A DNA stretch of 64,000 nucleotides from Leucoraja erinacea (Eukaryota): NCBI RefSeq assembly GCF_028641065.1, contig NC_073396.1, positions 13,144,001-13,208,000 on the forward strand, given 5' to 3'. Position numbers and translations under genes: made by a program. Each line of letters begins with the position of its first letter. Position 1 is the first letter of the stretch. Positions 52,651-64,000 of the stretch are shown piece by piece. The notes under the pieces were generated by a model. It was not told where the DNA came from. It did no database searches and was given only the letters and a program-made list of their open reading frames with translations.

Positions 52651-53226
52651 GATCTCTATAGAGATAGAGATAAATAATTAATAAAGAGGGAGATTGTGTC
52701 TTTGTTTCTGTGCATGGATACATAAGGAATCACAAATAATGGAATCGAACAAAAAACAAAGCGCTTGAGTAACTCTGTGAGTCAGGCAGCATCTGTGGAG
52801 GGAATGAATAGACAACATTTCGGGTCAGGTCGGGTTCGAGTCTGAAGAAAGGTCCTGACCCGGAATGCCGCCTATCTATTCCCTCCACAGATGCAGCCTG
52901 ATATGCGGAGTTACTCCAGTACTCTGTGTATGGTTTGGTACTGTATATGTTTGACTGCCTTTGTGAAATCGCCGCACCTGCACCTTTCTTTGCCTCTAAT
53001 TCCAAGCTGCCGGGTTCTCTACTTCCAATCTGTTGCTGATCCTCACGTTTTCAGTCGCCTAACTCCATAGTCGGTGATTCCATCCTAATCTCTCGGTCTG
53101 TTTTCTCCTTTGAAGACGTTGGTTAAAACCCACACCAGATCACCTCTGCTGGTGCATTCGATCTCATCTTCTGTCTGGCTCCACTGTGGAGCAGCGCCTC
53201 AGGAGGTGTGAGTACACGCGTTGTAC

Positions 53227-53272
53227 ACATACATACATACATACATACATACATACATACATACATACATAC
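53227..53272. repeat. (CATA)n microsatellite
   Basis: Directly visible. Confidence 0.95.
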
Positions 53273-53315
53273 GCGCGTAGCTTCGCGCCTGTGTATACGC
53301 GCTTGTGTGGTTATA

Positions 53316-53510
53316 TAGGAAGGAACTGCAGATGCTGGTTTAAACACAAAAAACTGCAGTAACTCAGCTGGACGGGCAGCATCTCTGGAGGGAAGTAGTG
53401 GGTGACGTTTCGGGTCTGAAGAAGGGTCTCGACCCGAAACGTCACCCATTCCTTCTCCACAGAGATGCTGCCTGTCCCGCTGAGCTACTCCAGCTTTTTG
53501 TGTCTGTCTT
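53316..53510. mobile_element. Penelope-derived inverted-repeat element with a hammerhead-like core
   Basis: aggaaggaactgcagatgctgg...gcagcatctct...ggtgacgtttcgggtc arm and its inverse; same family at ~4803, 12330, 15710, 17680, 23245, 26475, 30458, 30960, 36619, 38838, 43410, 48550, 48920, 51920, 52745. Confidence 0.8.
53412..53447 (+). ncRNA. Putative minimal type I hammerhead ribozyme
   Basis: GGGT-CTGAAGA-A-GGGTCTCGACCC-GAAA-CG-TC-ACCC: complete catalytic core, stem II, 4-bp stem I, ACGT palindrome as stem III. Confidence 0.55.
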
Positions 53511-53676
53511 CTGTGTGTTTATATATTTCCCCCTCTGATTCTGCCGCTGGTGTTGGACCCTATAAAACGTGATGTAAACGGCGAGGGGACGATCATTACT
53601 AAAACTGCAAACTGAATGCCAGCCAGGGTTGTACCTGAATAATCTCACTCGTGCTTTGTTCTCATGTTTGGGACAG

Positions 53677-56600
53677 GATTTCCCAGCAGAGGAATGGACC
53701 CAAATGGCCCGGAGCCACTGATGTCGATTCCAACCCCTTCTCCAGCCCGGGGAAAGGAAGCTGGCTTCTTCAAACACAAAGACATCTTCATGTCCCCCAC
53801 GTGGTCCGATCAAGACTCGAAACCCAGTGGGAAGGAGTTGGCGAGCAGACGACCTGCCGGCGTCCACCACCGCCCCCAGGCTCCCAATCTTGCAGTCCGT
53901 CCCAAGCGGGGAACCCGAGCCCACCCGGAGCCAGGAAACATCCCGACAACAAGGCATCACCAGGCGGGCCCCCGTGTCTCATCACATCCCAACTCGACAA
54001 GACTGGAGTCTCCAGGAGAATCTGCTCCTACGCCTGACTCCATCTCCACCACCCACACCAAACCCAACCCAGCCCCACAACACGGCAGCGCCACAGCCCC
54101 AGGACCGGGCCCAGCCTCCAGCTCTCGCCCAGGTCGCTACTCCATCCCTGGACCATTTGCCAACAACATCTCGGGCCCCATTGGAAGGTCCCAGTCGAAC
54201 TTCATCAGCGGTCAGAAGACATTGCCCGCTCCAACACTCACCTCCAGAGCGAACATTAACTCCAGCCTAGTGCTGAGACCCAGCCTTGGGTCCTTTCTAT
54301 TCACCCCTGAGAACATCACGCTGGTGGATGGAGCCCAGTCACTATCCCGGGCGGTACCTCGGCTAGAGGACTTGGATGATGTGATGAGCCACCAGGAAGA
54401 CAAGACGGGCAGGCGCCGTGTCCCGGGCTCAGGGTTGGGGCAGGAGCCAAGGCTGACCATGGGTGACGATGGGACGGGCAGCAGCAGCAGCAGCGATGCC
54501 GAAGGGGTTGCAACCGAGTCCCACCCCAACACCCCGCGGCCTCTGGCTCCGGGCCGGTCACTCAAAGCCGGTCCGGCGACACGCAGCCAGTCTGCCGGCA
54601 ACATTGCCCTGTTTACAAGACCCGGGGGCAGCCGGGGATCAGTCGGAGGGTCCCAGGGCGTTGACTACTTGCACGGGAGAGGAACGGCCCGGGACCCGGC
54701 ACCCACCCAGAAACGGGACCTCGGCTCCACTGCTGATCTCCGCGCCGCTCACTCCCCCACACGCCACTGGGAATCTGCATTGGGCTCCGGGAAACGCGGT
54801 GCTGTCTCCCCTCACACGAGCCCCACCTCACTCCACGTTCGCAATTCAAACGCAGGTAATCTCCGAAACCACCATCTGCTGACCTCAGCAGAAGTGAGTC
54901 AGCTCGGCGGCATGCAAAGGAAATTCCAGTTCAAAGACATTTCCTCCGCCGCGGCGATTAAACGTGTGTCAGAAAGTCCTGAACTGACTACACATTCTTC
55001 CAAGCTCCCAGTGGTGGGACCTTCCATCGACCAGGAAACAGATGCAGAGAGTTTGATCTGCGAGTCAGGAGCCAGCGGCTGTGCCCAAGTCCCTGGAATC
55101 CCTTCAGCTGTTCCTTCTGTGAATAATGTGGACACCACACAGACTGCACCATCACACTCACTGGGAATGGATGGAAGGTACTTGACAACGGCGCCCATCA
55201 ACACCTCTCCCAGTTCCGGGCGTTTCACCGGCCTCATCACGAGGCTTTCCACCACCGATGTCATCATATCCCGGCCTCTGACAAACAGCAGCCCACCATC
55301 CACTGAAGTTGACTATAGTGATACTCCACCCAGGGAGATGGGTCTCCAAACAGCCTTGCCATTCACATGGTTTCCCTGGAGATCACCAACGTTGTCTAAC
55401 ACCAGGCCGTCACGTCAAATCACCTTGCCCAGTGCATGGTCTTCAGGAAGAGTGGTCGTTTTACCGGGCAAGACCTCGGCACAAGTCCAGAACCAGGAAG
55501 TGGAAGTGACCACTTTGGGAAGGTTGGTTGCTCCAACCACCCCTCACTCGACTATTGATTTCTCAGACCCAACCCATTCTGGGGCACAATTCCCACCATC
55601 CTCGCCACTGCCTGTTTCGGTGACTAACTTGGACAAGTCCCAGCCATCGGAGCTTGGTCTTCTGACCAGATCACAGCCTCCTGTTGACCAGTGGGCTGTG
55701 GTAAGTTGGCAAAGGCCTGGCAGCTCCTCTCCAGCCTCGAGTGGGGCATCAGCCCTACCAACCAGCATCAGCTTGAAGATTAACTCTCATCCACCACCTT
55801 CATCTTCGGCAGAGGGTTCTTTAGTCAGTGAGGAATCTTTCACGTCATGGACGCTGAGTTCAGTGCCCAAAGGTTCTTCAAAGCTTCCTATCACACATGT
55901 TGGCACAGAAGATCTTGGCAACCTAGCAATGCTGTCAGCACAGTCTTGGTTAACTGAACAACGGCAATGGAAAATGTTGACGACGTTAGCCAATGTTGCT
56001 GAGCCTGATTCCATGGTGGAAACAAGCAGCCATGGATGGTCACCTACACCAGGCTCTTCAGCTCATCCCAAAATCACTCCTCAACTCTCGTCAACTTTAG
56101 TACCAACTGAGTTATTTATAACACATAGCACTCCTAGCGCCTCAACACTCAGCATGGATACCAGACAGACATGGAGCCCAGACGTCAGTCGGACACTGAG
56201 CCCAGACGTCAGTCAGACACTAAACACAGACGTCAGTCAGACACTGGGCCCAGAAGTCAGTCGGACACTGAGTGCAGGCAGCAGCCAGACACTGCTAACG
56301 GATATCACTCAGACACAGAGCACACACATCAAAAGGACACAGAGTACAGACATAGATTGGACACAGAGCAGAGATGTCAGTCCGATCGAGAACACGGGCA
56401 TTACTGGGCACAGATAGTCAGACCAAGAGATGCATCAGTCAGACCCAGAGCACAGACATCAACTGGACAGAAAGCATCGACATGAGCCAGACGGAGAGCA
56501 CGGTTGTGAGTGAGACAGAGAGTGCAGGCAGCAGACGGACATTCAGCACAGATGACAGTCAGACAGAGGGTTCAGATATCAGTCAGACAGAGAGGACAGA

Positions 56601-58941
56601 CATCAGCTGGACATTGGGCCCGAATATCAGTCAGACACTGACCATGGATATTAGTGAGACACAAAGCCAGGACATCATTAATACACTGACCTCACACATC
56701 AGACCTACACTGAGTACAGATGTCAGTCAGACACAGAACACAGACATTAGTCAGACACTGGGTATGGGCAGCAGTCTGACACAGAACATGGGTGTCAGTT
56801 GGACACAGAGCACAGACATAAGGCGGACATCAGGCCCAGATGTCAGTCAGACACTGAAGCCAGACATCAGTCAGACACTGGGCCCAGACATCAGTCAGAC
56901 GCTAAGCACAAACATCAGTCGGACATTGAACACAGACGTCAGTCGGACACTGGGCCCAGACGTCAGTCAGACACTGAGTGCAGGCAGCATCCGGACACTG
57001 CTAACGGATATCACTCGGACACAGAGCACACACATCAGGACACAGAGTACAGACATAGATTGGACACAGAACAGAGATATCAGTCTGATCGAGAGCACGG
57101 GCATCATTGGGACAGATAGCACGAACATCAGTCAGACAGAGAGCGCAGACATCACTCAGACAGAGAGCGCAGACATCAGTCAGACACAGAGCGCAGACAT
57201 CAGTCAGACAAAGAGCGCAGACATCACTCAGACAGAGGACAAAGACATCAGTCAGACACAGGGCACAGACATCAGTCAGACAGAGAGCGCAGACATCAGT
57301 CAGACACAGAGCACAGACATCAGTCAGACAGAGGACACAGACATCAGTCAGACAGAGGACACATACATCAGTCAGACACTGAGCAGGGACAGTCGGTCAC
57401 TGAGCGCAGACATTACTCAGTCACTGGGCACGGATGCCAGTCAGACCCAGAGCACAGACATCAACTGGACAGAAAGCATCGACGTGAGCCAGACGGAGAG
57501 CACGGTTGTGAGTGAGACAGAGAGGTCAGACATCAGCTGGACATTGGGCACAAATATCAGTCCGACACTGGACCCAGACGTCAGTCGGACACTGAGTGCA
57601 GGCAGCAGCCGGACACTGCTAATGGATATCACTGAGACACAGAGCACACACATCAGGACACAGAGTACAGACATAGATTGGACACAGAGCAGAGATGTCA
57701 GTCCGATCGAGAGCACGGGCATTATTGGAACAGATAGCACAGATGCCAGTCAGACCCAGAGCACAGACATCAGTCAGACACTGAGCGCAGACATCAACTG
57801 GACAGAAAGCATCGACATGAGCCAGACGGAGAGCATGGTTGTGAGTGAGACAGAGAGTACAGGCAGCAGACGGACATTCAGCACAGATGACAGTCAGACA
57901 GAGGGTTCAGATATCAGTCAGACAGAGAGGACAGACATCAGCTGGACATTGGGCCCGAATATCAGTCAGACACTGACCATGGATATTAGTGAGACACAAA
58001 GCCAGGACATCATTAATACACTGACCTCACACATCAGACCTACACTGAGTACAGATGTCAGTCAGACACAGAACACAGACATTAGTCAGACACTGGGCAC
58101 AGACATCAGTCGGACACTGATTGCAGGCAGCAGCCGGACACTGCTAACGGATATCACTCAGACACAGAGCACACACATAAGAAGGACACAGAGTACAGAC
58201 ATAGATTGGACACAGAGCAGAGATGTCAGTCTGATCAAGAACATCATTGGGACAGATAGCACGAACATCAGTCAGACAGAGAGCCCAGACATCAGTCAGA
58301 CACAGGGCACAGACATCAGTCAGACACAGGACACAGGCATCAGTCAGACACAGGACACAGACATCAGTCAGACACAGGACACAGACATCAGTCAGACACA
58401 GGACACAGACATCAGTCAGACACAGGACTCGGGCATCAGTCAGACACAGGAGGCATCAGTCAGAACGAGAGCACAGACATCAGTCAGACACTGACCAGGG
58501 ATATTATCCAGACCCAGAGCCAGGACACCATTAATACACTGACCTCATACGCCAGACCTACACTGAGTACAGATGCCAGTAAGACACAGACCACAGGTGT
58601 CGGTCGGACACAGAGCACAGGTGTAATTGGGACAAGGGATACATGCATCAATCAGACACGGGGCAGGGTTGGCTCTGCTCTAACTTTGCCCACACCAAAC
58701 ACCGGGTCATTTGCACTCCTGCACCCTACGTCCCAGCCAAGCATCAATACACCAGTCAGGCCAACATCGTCAGCTGGGAATACAGAGAGAGTGGGAGTTG
58801 TGCAGAGCACCGGGCAGCAGCAGCAGCAGCAGCACACACCAGCCACCTCCGGAGCTGCAAAGTACACAGTCCCACTGTCCACTCCTCCAGAGAGACACAA
58901 GCAGATTTTTATCGTGGAGGACCGGCCACCACAGGTCAGAG
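53677..58941 (+). CDS. CUB-mucin-SEA protein, exon 3 (giant Ser/Thr-rich exon; two frameshifts as assembled)
   Basis: ORFs 53664-56417, 56374-58494 and 58686-58991 tile the region; gacag acceptor and AGAG/gtacgc donor are both phase 1; 5265 nt. Confidence 0.7.
56170..58660 (+). repeat. Coding 24-nt (8 aa, ~DISQTQST) tandem repeat with higher-order duplications
   Basis: GACATCAGTCAGACACAGAGCACA-type units; block 56453-56762 recurs almost exactly at 57788-58097. Confidence 0.93.
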
Positions 58942-59089
58942 GTACGCCTGAACTGAACCACTTAGTGTGGCTGGGCTGGTTAAGTTTTTAGCAACCGATG
59001 ACGTCCAAAATGTTGACGCTGGGCAACTGAACAATAATAATGGATGGGAGGAGGGAGGAGGGAGACGAAGAAATGATCGCGGTGGGACA

Positions 59090-59530
59090 AGACTTTGATT
59101 ATGTTCGCATAAGGCAGCGTGAAGTGTAGATGGAGTCAATGGTAGGAAGTCTTATCTTTTTAATGCACTGGGCTACATCTACAACGAGTTTGATGGGATT
59201 ATGGTGTAGAAGGCAGAACTAGTTGATAAAGAGGAATCTAAATGTTGGTGTCGAGGTGTGGAACCAGAGATGGGCTGAGCAACTTGTGGCCAGGGACATG
59301 GTGTCAGGTGTGGACCTGTTGTGACAGTAAGCATACCACAGTGGACTAAAGCTGGCTGGGAAGCTGGAGTGAATGTGCTCCATCACCAGTCCCTCAAAGC
59401 ACTTCATGATGGTGGATGTCTTAGCCGTTTAATGGTAGTCATTAAGGCACGATACCTAACTTTTCTTGAGCACCAGTATAAAAGTGGTCTTTTTGAAGCA
59501 GGTGGCGACCTCAGAATGAGGTAGTGAGAG
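59090..59530 (-). mobile_element. Rex1/Babar LINE RT remnant
   Basis: MKCFEGLVMEHIHSSFPASFSPLWYAYCHNRSTPDTMSLA resembles the Rex1 MKCFERLV...DPLQFAYR..RST.DAI motif. Confidence 0.8.
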
Positions 59531-59714
59531 TTAGTTAATCTGTAGTGCACAGTTCTGCTGTGGACATTTTCGGTTTAGATTTAATTATTGTCGGATGTAC
59601 CAAGATACAGTGAGGAACTGAACTATTGGATTTAAAGTACTTCAGGATTAATAATAATAAAACATTAATGATGTTTAATGTTTTCTGAGTCATTCGTAAC
59701 TGTCACAGTATAGA

Positions 59715-60586
59715 AACATAGAACCATAGAAAATAGGTGCAGGAGTAGGCCATTCGGCCCTTCGAGCCTGCACCGCCATTCGATATGATCATGGCTGATC
59801 ATCCAACTCAGTATCCCATCCCTGCCTTCTCTACATACCCCATGATCCCTTTAGCCACAAGGGCCACATCTAACTCTCTCTTAAATATAGCCAATGAACT
59901 GGCCTCAACTACCTTCTGTGGCAGAGAATTCCACAGATTCACCACTCTCTGTGTAAAAAATGATTTTCTCATCTCGGTCCTAAAAGACTTCCCTCTTATC
60001 CTTAAACTGTGACCCCTAGTTCTGGACTTCCCCAACATCGGGAATAATCTTCCTGCATCTAGCCTGTCCAACCCCTTAAGAATTTTGTAAGTTTCTATAG
60101 GATTCCCCCTGAATCTTCTGAGTTCCAGCGTGTACAAGCCGAGTCTATCCAGTCTTTCTTCATATGGAAGTCCTGCCATTCCAGGAATCAGTCTGGTAAA
60201 CCTTCTCTGTACTCCCTCTATGGCAAGAATGTTGTTCCTCAGATTAGGAGACTAAAACTGTACGCAATACTCCAGGTGTGGTCTCACCAAGACCCTGTAC
60301 AACTGCAGTAGAACCTCCCTGCTCTTATACTCAAATCCTTTTGCTATGAATGCTAACATACCATTTGCTTTCTTCACTGCCTGCTGCACCTGCATTCCTA
60401 CTTTCAATGACTGGTGTACCATGACACCCAGGTCTCGTTGCATCTCCCCATTTCCTAATCGGTCACCATTCAGATAATAGTCTACTTTCCTGTTTTTGCC
60501 ACCAAAGTGAATAACCTCAGATCCACATTATACTACTCTTCCTGCATTTTGCCCACTCACCCAACCTATCCAAGTCACCTTGCCTC
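59715..60586 (-). mobile_element. Young CR1 LINE 3' part
   Basis: QRDLGV...LVRPHLEYCVQF, YEERLDRLGLYTLE...RVVNLWNSLP. Confidence 0.94.
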
Positions 60587-60734
60587 CTAATAACTAAAGC
60601 TTCGTGTCCAAATGCTGACAATTTGTCCAGATGATTAATATATATGTACAAGCTTCCCAGCCTGAGCCTTTCCAAATGTGCCATTCTGAAAAGAACCCTA
60701 TGCCCCATCTTTCCAATATACTGAACCTCCATAA

Positions 60735-60840
60735 TACAAGAACTCCTTATGTGGGTTGTTACTTGTGGGCGGAGCACTAAGGCAAATTCCTTGTATGTGA
60801 ATACTTGGTCACTAAACTTACTTACTTACTTACTTACTTA
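60735..60840 (+). mobile_element. Rex1/Babar-like 3' end with (ACTT)n tail
   Basis: aaattccttgtatgtgaatacttggtcactaaa followed by (ACTT)n. Confidence 0.6.
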
Positions 60841-61544
60841 AGACTAGGGGAAGGTGCCGTAAAAGTCAGATTTATTTTATTGCAACCGACAAGAAGAGCA
60901 ATTCCATTCAGATTCCCTCAGATGCCGACCACATTGAACAATAAGAAATGACTCAGAGATCCAGTATTTTCAGCCAGAAAATTCTAGCAGTTCTGAGCAG
61001 GGTCGGTCAGCATTCCTGGAGAGAGGAACAGGATAAATGTTTCAGCATGATAACCTTGCACTTTACTCAGGCCCGAGGAATGTTCGCTACACAATAAAAC
61101 GCTCACTCTTTACTCCACTTCGCTCCTGAATACATCCAGGATTTTCTGACTCATTTCCGATGTCCGGCATCTGCAGTATTTCAGCATCTTTGTGCTTTTT
61201 CTGAAATCGTATAAATGCCCTTCCGATTGGTGTGGAGAGGAGATTTTTATTTGTAAAGACCAATCAGAAGTGTCTAGTGTCAGAACTGGGATCCACTAAA
61301 GCTCCTGAGGCAGGGGGTAATTCAGGGGTTGAGTTTCAATGCAGAAGGTATATACCTTATATAAGGTATATAAAGGCTGTGTGTTTTTAAAGTTCACACA
61401 TTTAGCTTCATGGACAGACATTTTTCCCATTCAGGAAGTGGCTCATTTCCTCCCTGAATACTTTGCATTGTCAACTTTATCTGCAACGTATTGAAGATGA
61501 CGAACTACAGTCACTCCACTCTTTCATATCTCCACCCCAACGGC

Positions 61545-61905
61545 AGCATTTCTTCACCCTGGCCACTCCTTATCCTCCCCTCTCCCATCAAGCAAGAGGT
61601 ATAGAAGTGTGAAAATGCACAACTCCAGATTCGGGGACAGTTTCTTCCCAGCTGTTTCAGGCAACTGAACCATCCTCCAAACCGCTAAACAGCAGCCCTG
61701 TGCTACTATCTACCTCATTGGGCTTTAATCAGATGTTACTGGACTTTATCTTGTACTAAACGTTATTCCCTTTATCACGTATCTGCACACTGTGATGGCA
61801 CAATTGTAATCATGTATTGTCTTTCTGCTGACTGGTTAGCACGCAACAAAAGCTTTTCACTGTACCTCGGTACACGTGACAATAAACAAAACTAAACTAA
61901 AACAA
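61545..61905 (+). mobile_element. Rex1/Babar LINE 3' fragment
   Basis: LPSSKRYRSVKMHNSRFGDSFFPAV C-terminus; tail ttcactgtacctcggtacacgtgacaataaa(ctaaa)n. Confidence 0.82.
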
Positions 61906-61949
61906 ACCAAGTGCCTATCAGCATTGCATGCTCAGTGACTTCCTGCATT

Positions 61950-62210
61950 CACCAGTACTCTTTTCCAGTGTTACATATTTACTGACCTATGCCCAGCAGT
62001 GCTCTGCTCCAGTGTTAGACCTGTGATAGACCTGTCCCCACCTGTACTGTACCCAGTTATTCAGCGATAGACCTGTCCCCACCAGTACTGTTGTATCCCA
62101 GTGTTATACAGTTACAGATTTGATTCGACTGATACTGTACCCCAGTGTTATACAGCGACAGACCTGTCCCCACCAGTACAGTACCCCAGTTGTACAACGA
62201 TAGATCTGAT
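61950..62210. repeat. Degenerate ~40-45 bp minisatellite
   Basis: Recurring gacctgtccccaccagtactgtaccccagtgttatacagc units. Confidence 0.8.
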
Positions 62211-62554
62211 CAAAAACAATAGTGCATTTCTACAGCATCTTCAATGTCAAATGATCTTATTCCTGTGAAGCATTCTTATGCGGCACGTCAGAATGTAATT
62301 TATCTGGAGACAAATAGCTTGGTCACTGTTGTTGGTTATAATGGTGCAATGTTTATGGGAAGGATATTCTAGTGCTTGGTTCATGGTTAGTAAAGGCACA
62401 GTTGCAATGGTGGAGTGATTACATTCATGGCAGGAATTGGAGACCAGAATTGGAGGAATGGCAATATCTCCGTGTAAGGTGGTGATGTTCGGGAGATGTG
62501 GGATAATGGAGGAACTTGGATCAGTAATGATAACCTCAACGCTCTCTCTTGCAG

Positions 62555-62670
62555 AGGGCATCACTGTAAAGTTTCCAACAAAGCTTATTCTGGACATGAG
62601 CTTTGATTATCGCCTGAAAGACTCAAAGTCCGACGAATACCAGAACCTGGCCGAGGATTTCACACTCAAA
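62555..62670 (+). CDS. CUB-mucin-SEA protein, exon 4 (SEA domain, first part)
   Basis: cttgcag / (E)GITVKFPTKLILDMSFDYRLKDSKSDEYQNLAEDFTLK / gtaaga; F...L.D..S.EY..L SEA pattern. Confidence 0.85.
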
Positions 62671-62917
62671 GTAAGACTTTAAAGTCATGATCTGATCAGC
62701 AGCTCTCATCTGGGTTGGCTTGTTCTACCGCTGAGGGGGATTGTAGGTTGAGCAAGTGTACAGTACTCTCCACAATGTGCCAAAGCTCCTGGGTGTCACC
62801 ATCACCTCAGCCCTAGCGAGGCACCGTGTGATGAGCTCAAGGCTCCGTTACAACTTGCCACCCGGGTTCACCAGATACCTCTTGACATTTTCCTTGGACA
62901 GTCCCAATCCACCCAGT

Positions 62918-63180
62918 ATTACTTTACTTTAGAGATACAGTGTGGATACACCGAGTCTGCGCCGACCCATGTATACTAGCACTATCCTACACACTAGGGA
63001 CAATTGCCAATTTATCTACAAACCTGTACATCTTTGGAGTGCGGGGAGAAACCGGGGCATCCGGAAAAAACCCCACGCAGCCACAGGTAGAACATATCAA
63101 CTCTGTGCAGACTGCACCCATAGTCGGGATCGAACCAGTGCTGTAAGGCAGCAACTCTATTGCTGTGCCACTGTGCCACC
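62918..63180 (-). mobile_element. Near full-length V-SINE (HE1-like)
   Basis: Minus strand GGTGGCACAGTGG box A, GGTTCGATCCC box B, V-domain-like core, (TAAAG)n tail. Confidence 0.82.
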
Positions 63181-63460
63181 CAAATGTGTTCAGCTGTTAC
63201 AGTCATTGCAACTCATTTCACACTGTTGCTGTTGATGGGCTCCAGCAATGGCAGGTAGAGTCATTGGGTTTCCACTAACGTTGTTGCCACACAGCTCACA
63301 CTGACACATAGTTGGTGTCATTGAGTGTAGCTTCCTGTTGTTACAGAGTGTGTTCACTCACTCACATTCACCGTGCCTTGCCCGGCTCTCGCTTGCTGGG
63401 TTTTGCTGCCTCTTTGGGAAGCAGGAATACTGTAACCCCTCTCCTCCTCTTGTCCTGCAG

Positions 63461-63519
63461 ATCGTTCCATTTTATCACAAGGTTCCTGGGTTTCAGCAGC
63501 TGCAGATTAAACGCTTCAG
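63461..63519 (+). CDS. CUB-mucin-SEA protein, exon 5 (SEA domain)
   Basis: cctgcag / IVPFYHKVPGFQQLQIKRF(R/S) / gtgatg; Y...PGF..V.I..FR pattern before the GSVVV site; gene continues beyond the window. Confidence 0.82.
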
Positions 63520-64000
63520 GTGATGACGATTTCACAAACCGTTTCAGTCAGCATGTTGAATATCAATTTATTTGTCCAATGTAACATTTAAATCTCCCAT
63601 TTCTTCCATCCTAAAAAATGCTCTGGAAATGGCTCTGTGATCCATGGGTGGACGATGTGTTGTGGAAATCTCTGGTTTAGGAATCGTGTGAATACTGTGA
63701 TACTGCATGTGTCTCTCACCTGCAGATGCCTCCTCCCCCTATCTCTTGTTAATTTTGGTTAAGGCTCCACGAATGTCTGTGTCATTTCTGTGCATGCTCT
63801 GTGTGTGAGTCTGCACGTTTTGTGTGTGTCTGACCCGTGTCTGCAGATGTCTTGTGATAATCAGATGGGTGTCTGTGGAAGCTCTGTGTGTACGTATATG
63901 TCCAAGTCACTTCCTTGTTTACGATGTGCACCTCACTGATTCATTACCCATCCCCAAATGCCCTCACGAAGGTGTTGGTGAGCTGGCCTTCTTGAGCTGC

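Noticed and set aside
56171-58534. Alternative-frame ORFs (RHQSDT..., SVRQRAQT...) and CRISPR-like periodicity
   Set aside because: By-product of a 24-nt coding tandem repeat; no unique spacers, and the context is eukaryotic.
61345-61372. Overlapping AT-rich palindromes AAGGTATATACCTTATATAAGGTATATA
   Set aside because: Short, low complexity, probably local template switching; no supporting context.

Overview
Eukaryotic, intron-rich vertebrate genomic DNA. The repeat content (CR1/HER1-like LINEs, V-SINE/HE1-like SINEs, Rex1/Babar, Penelope-derived palindromes, Tc1/hAT/Harbinger MITEs) suggests a cartilaginous fish (skate/ray/shark); this is an inference. Reading splice sites by hand gives three complete genes in the human 16p12 arrangement: DCTN5 (minus, 6 exons, 182 aa), PALB2 (plus, head-to-head with DCTN5, 14 coding exons, 1307 aa) and NDUFAB1 (plus, 162 aa, with a 3'UTR intron). 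The 5' part of a fourth gene, which I cannot name, follows: signal peptide - CUB domain - 5.3 kb Ser/Thr-rich mucin-like exon with 24-nt repeats - SEA domain. Its giant exon contains two compensating frameshifts. The most striking non-genic signal is a family of short Penelope-type inserts. Many carry a minimal hammerhead-ribozyme-like core (CTGAnGA-stem-GAAACGTC), several are inverted, and several are flanked by 13-14 bp target-site duplications. Repeat boundaries are approximate unless a TSD/TIR is cited.
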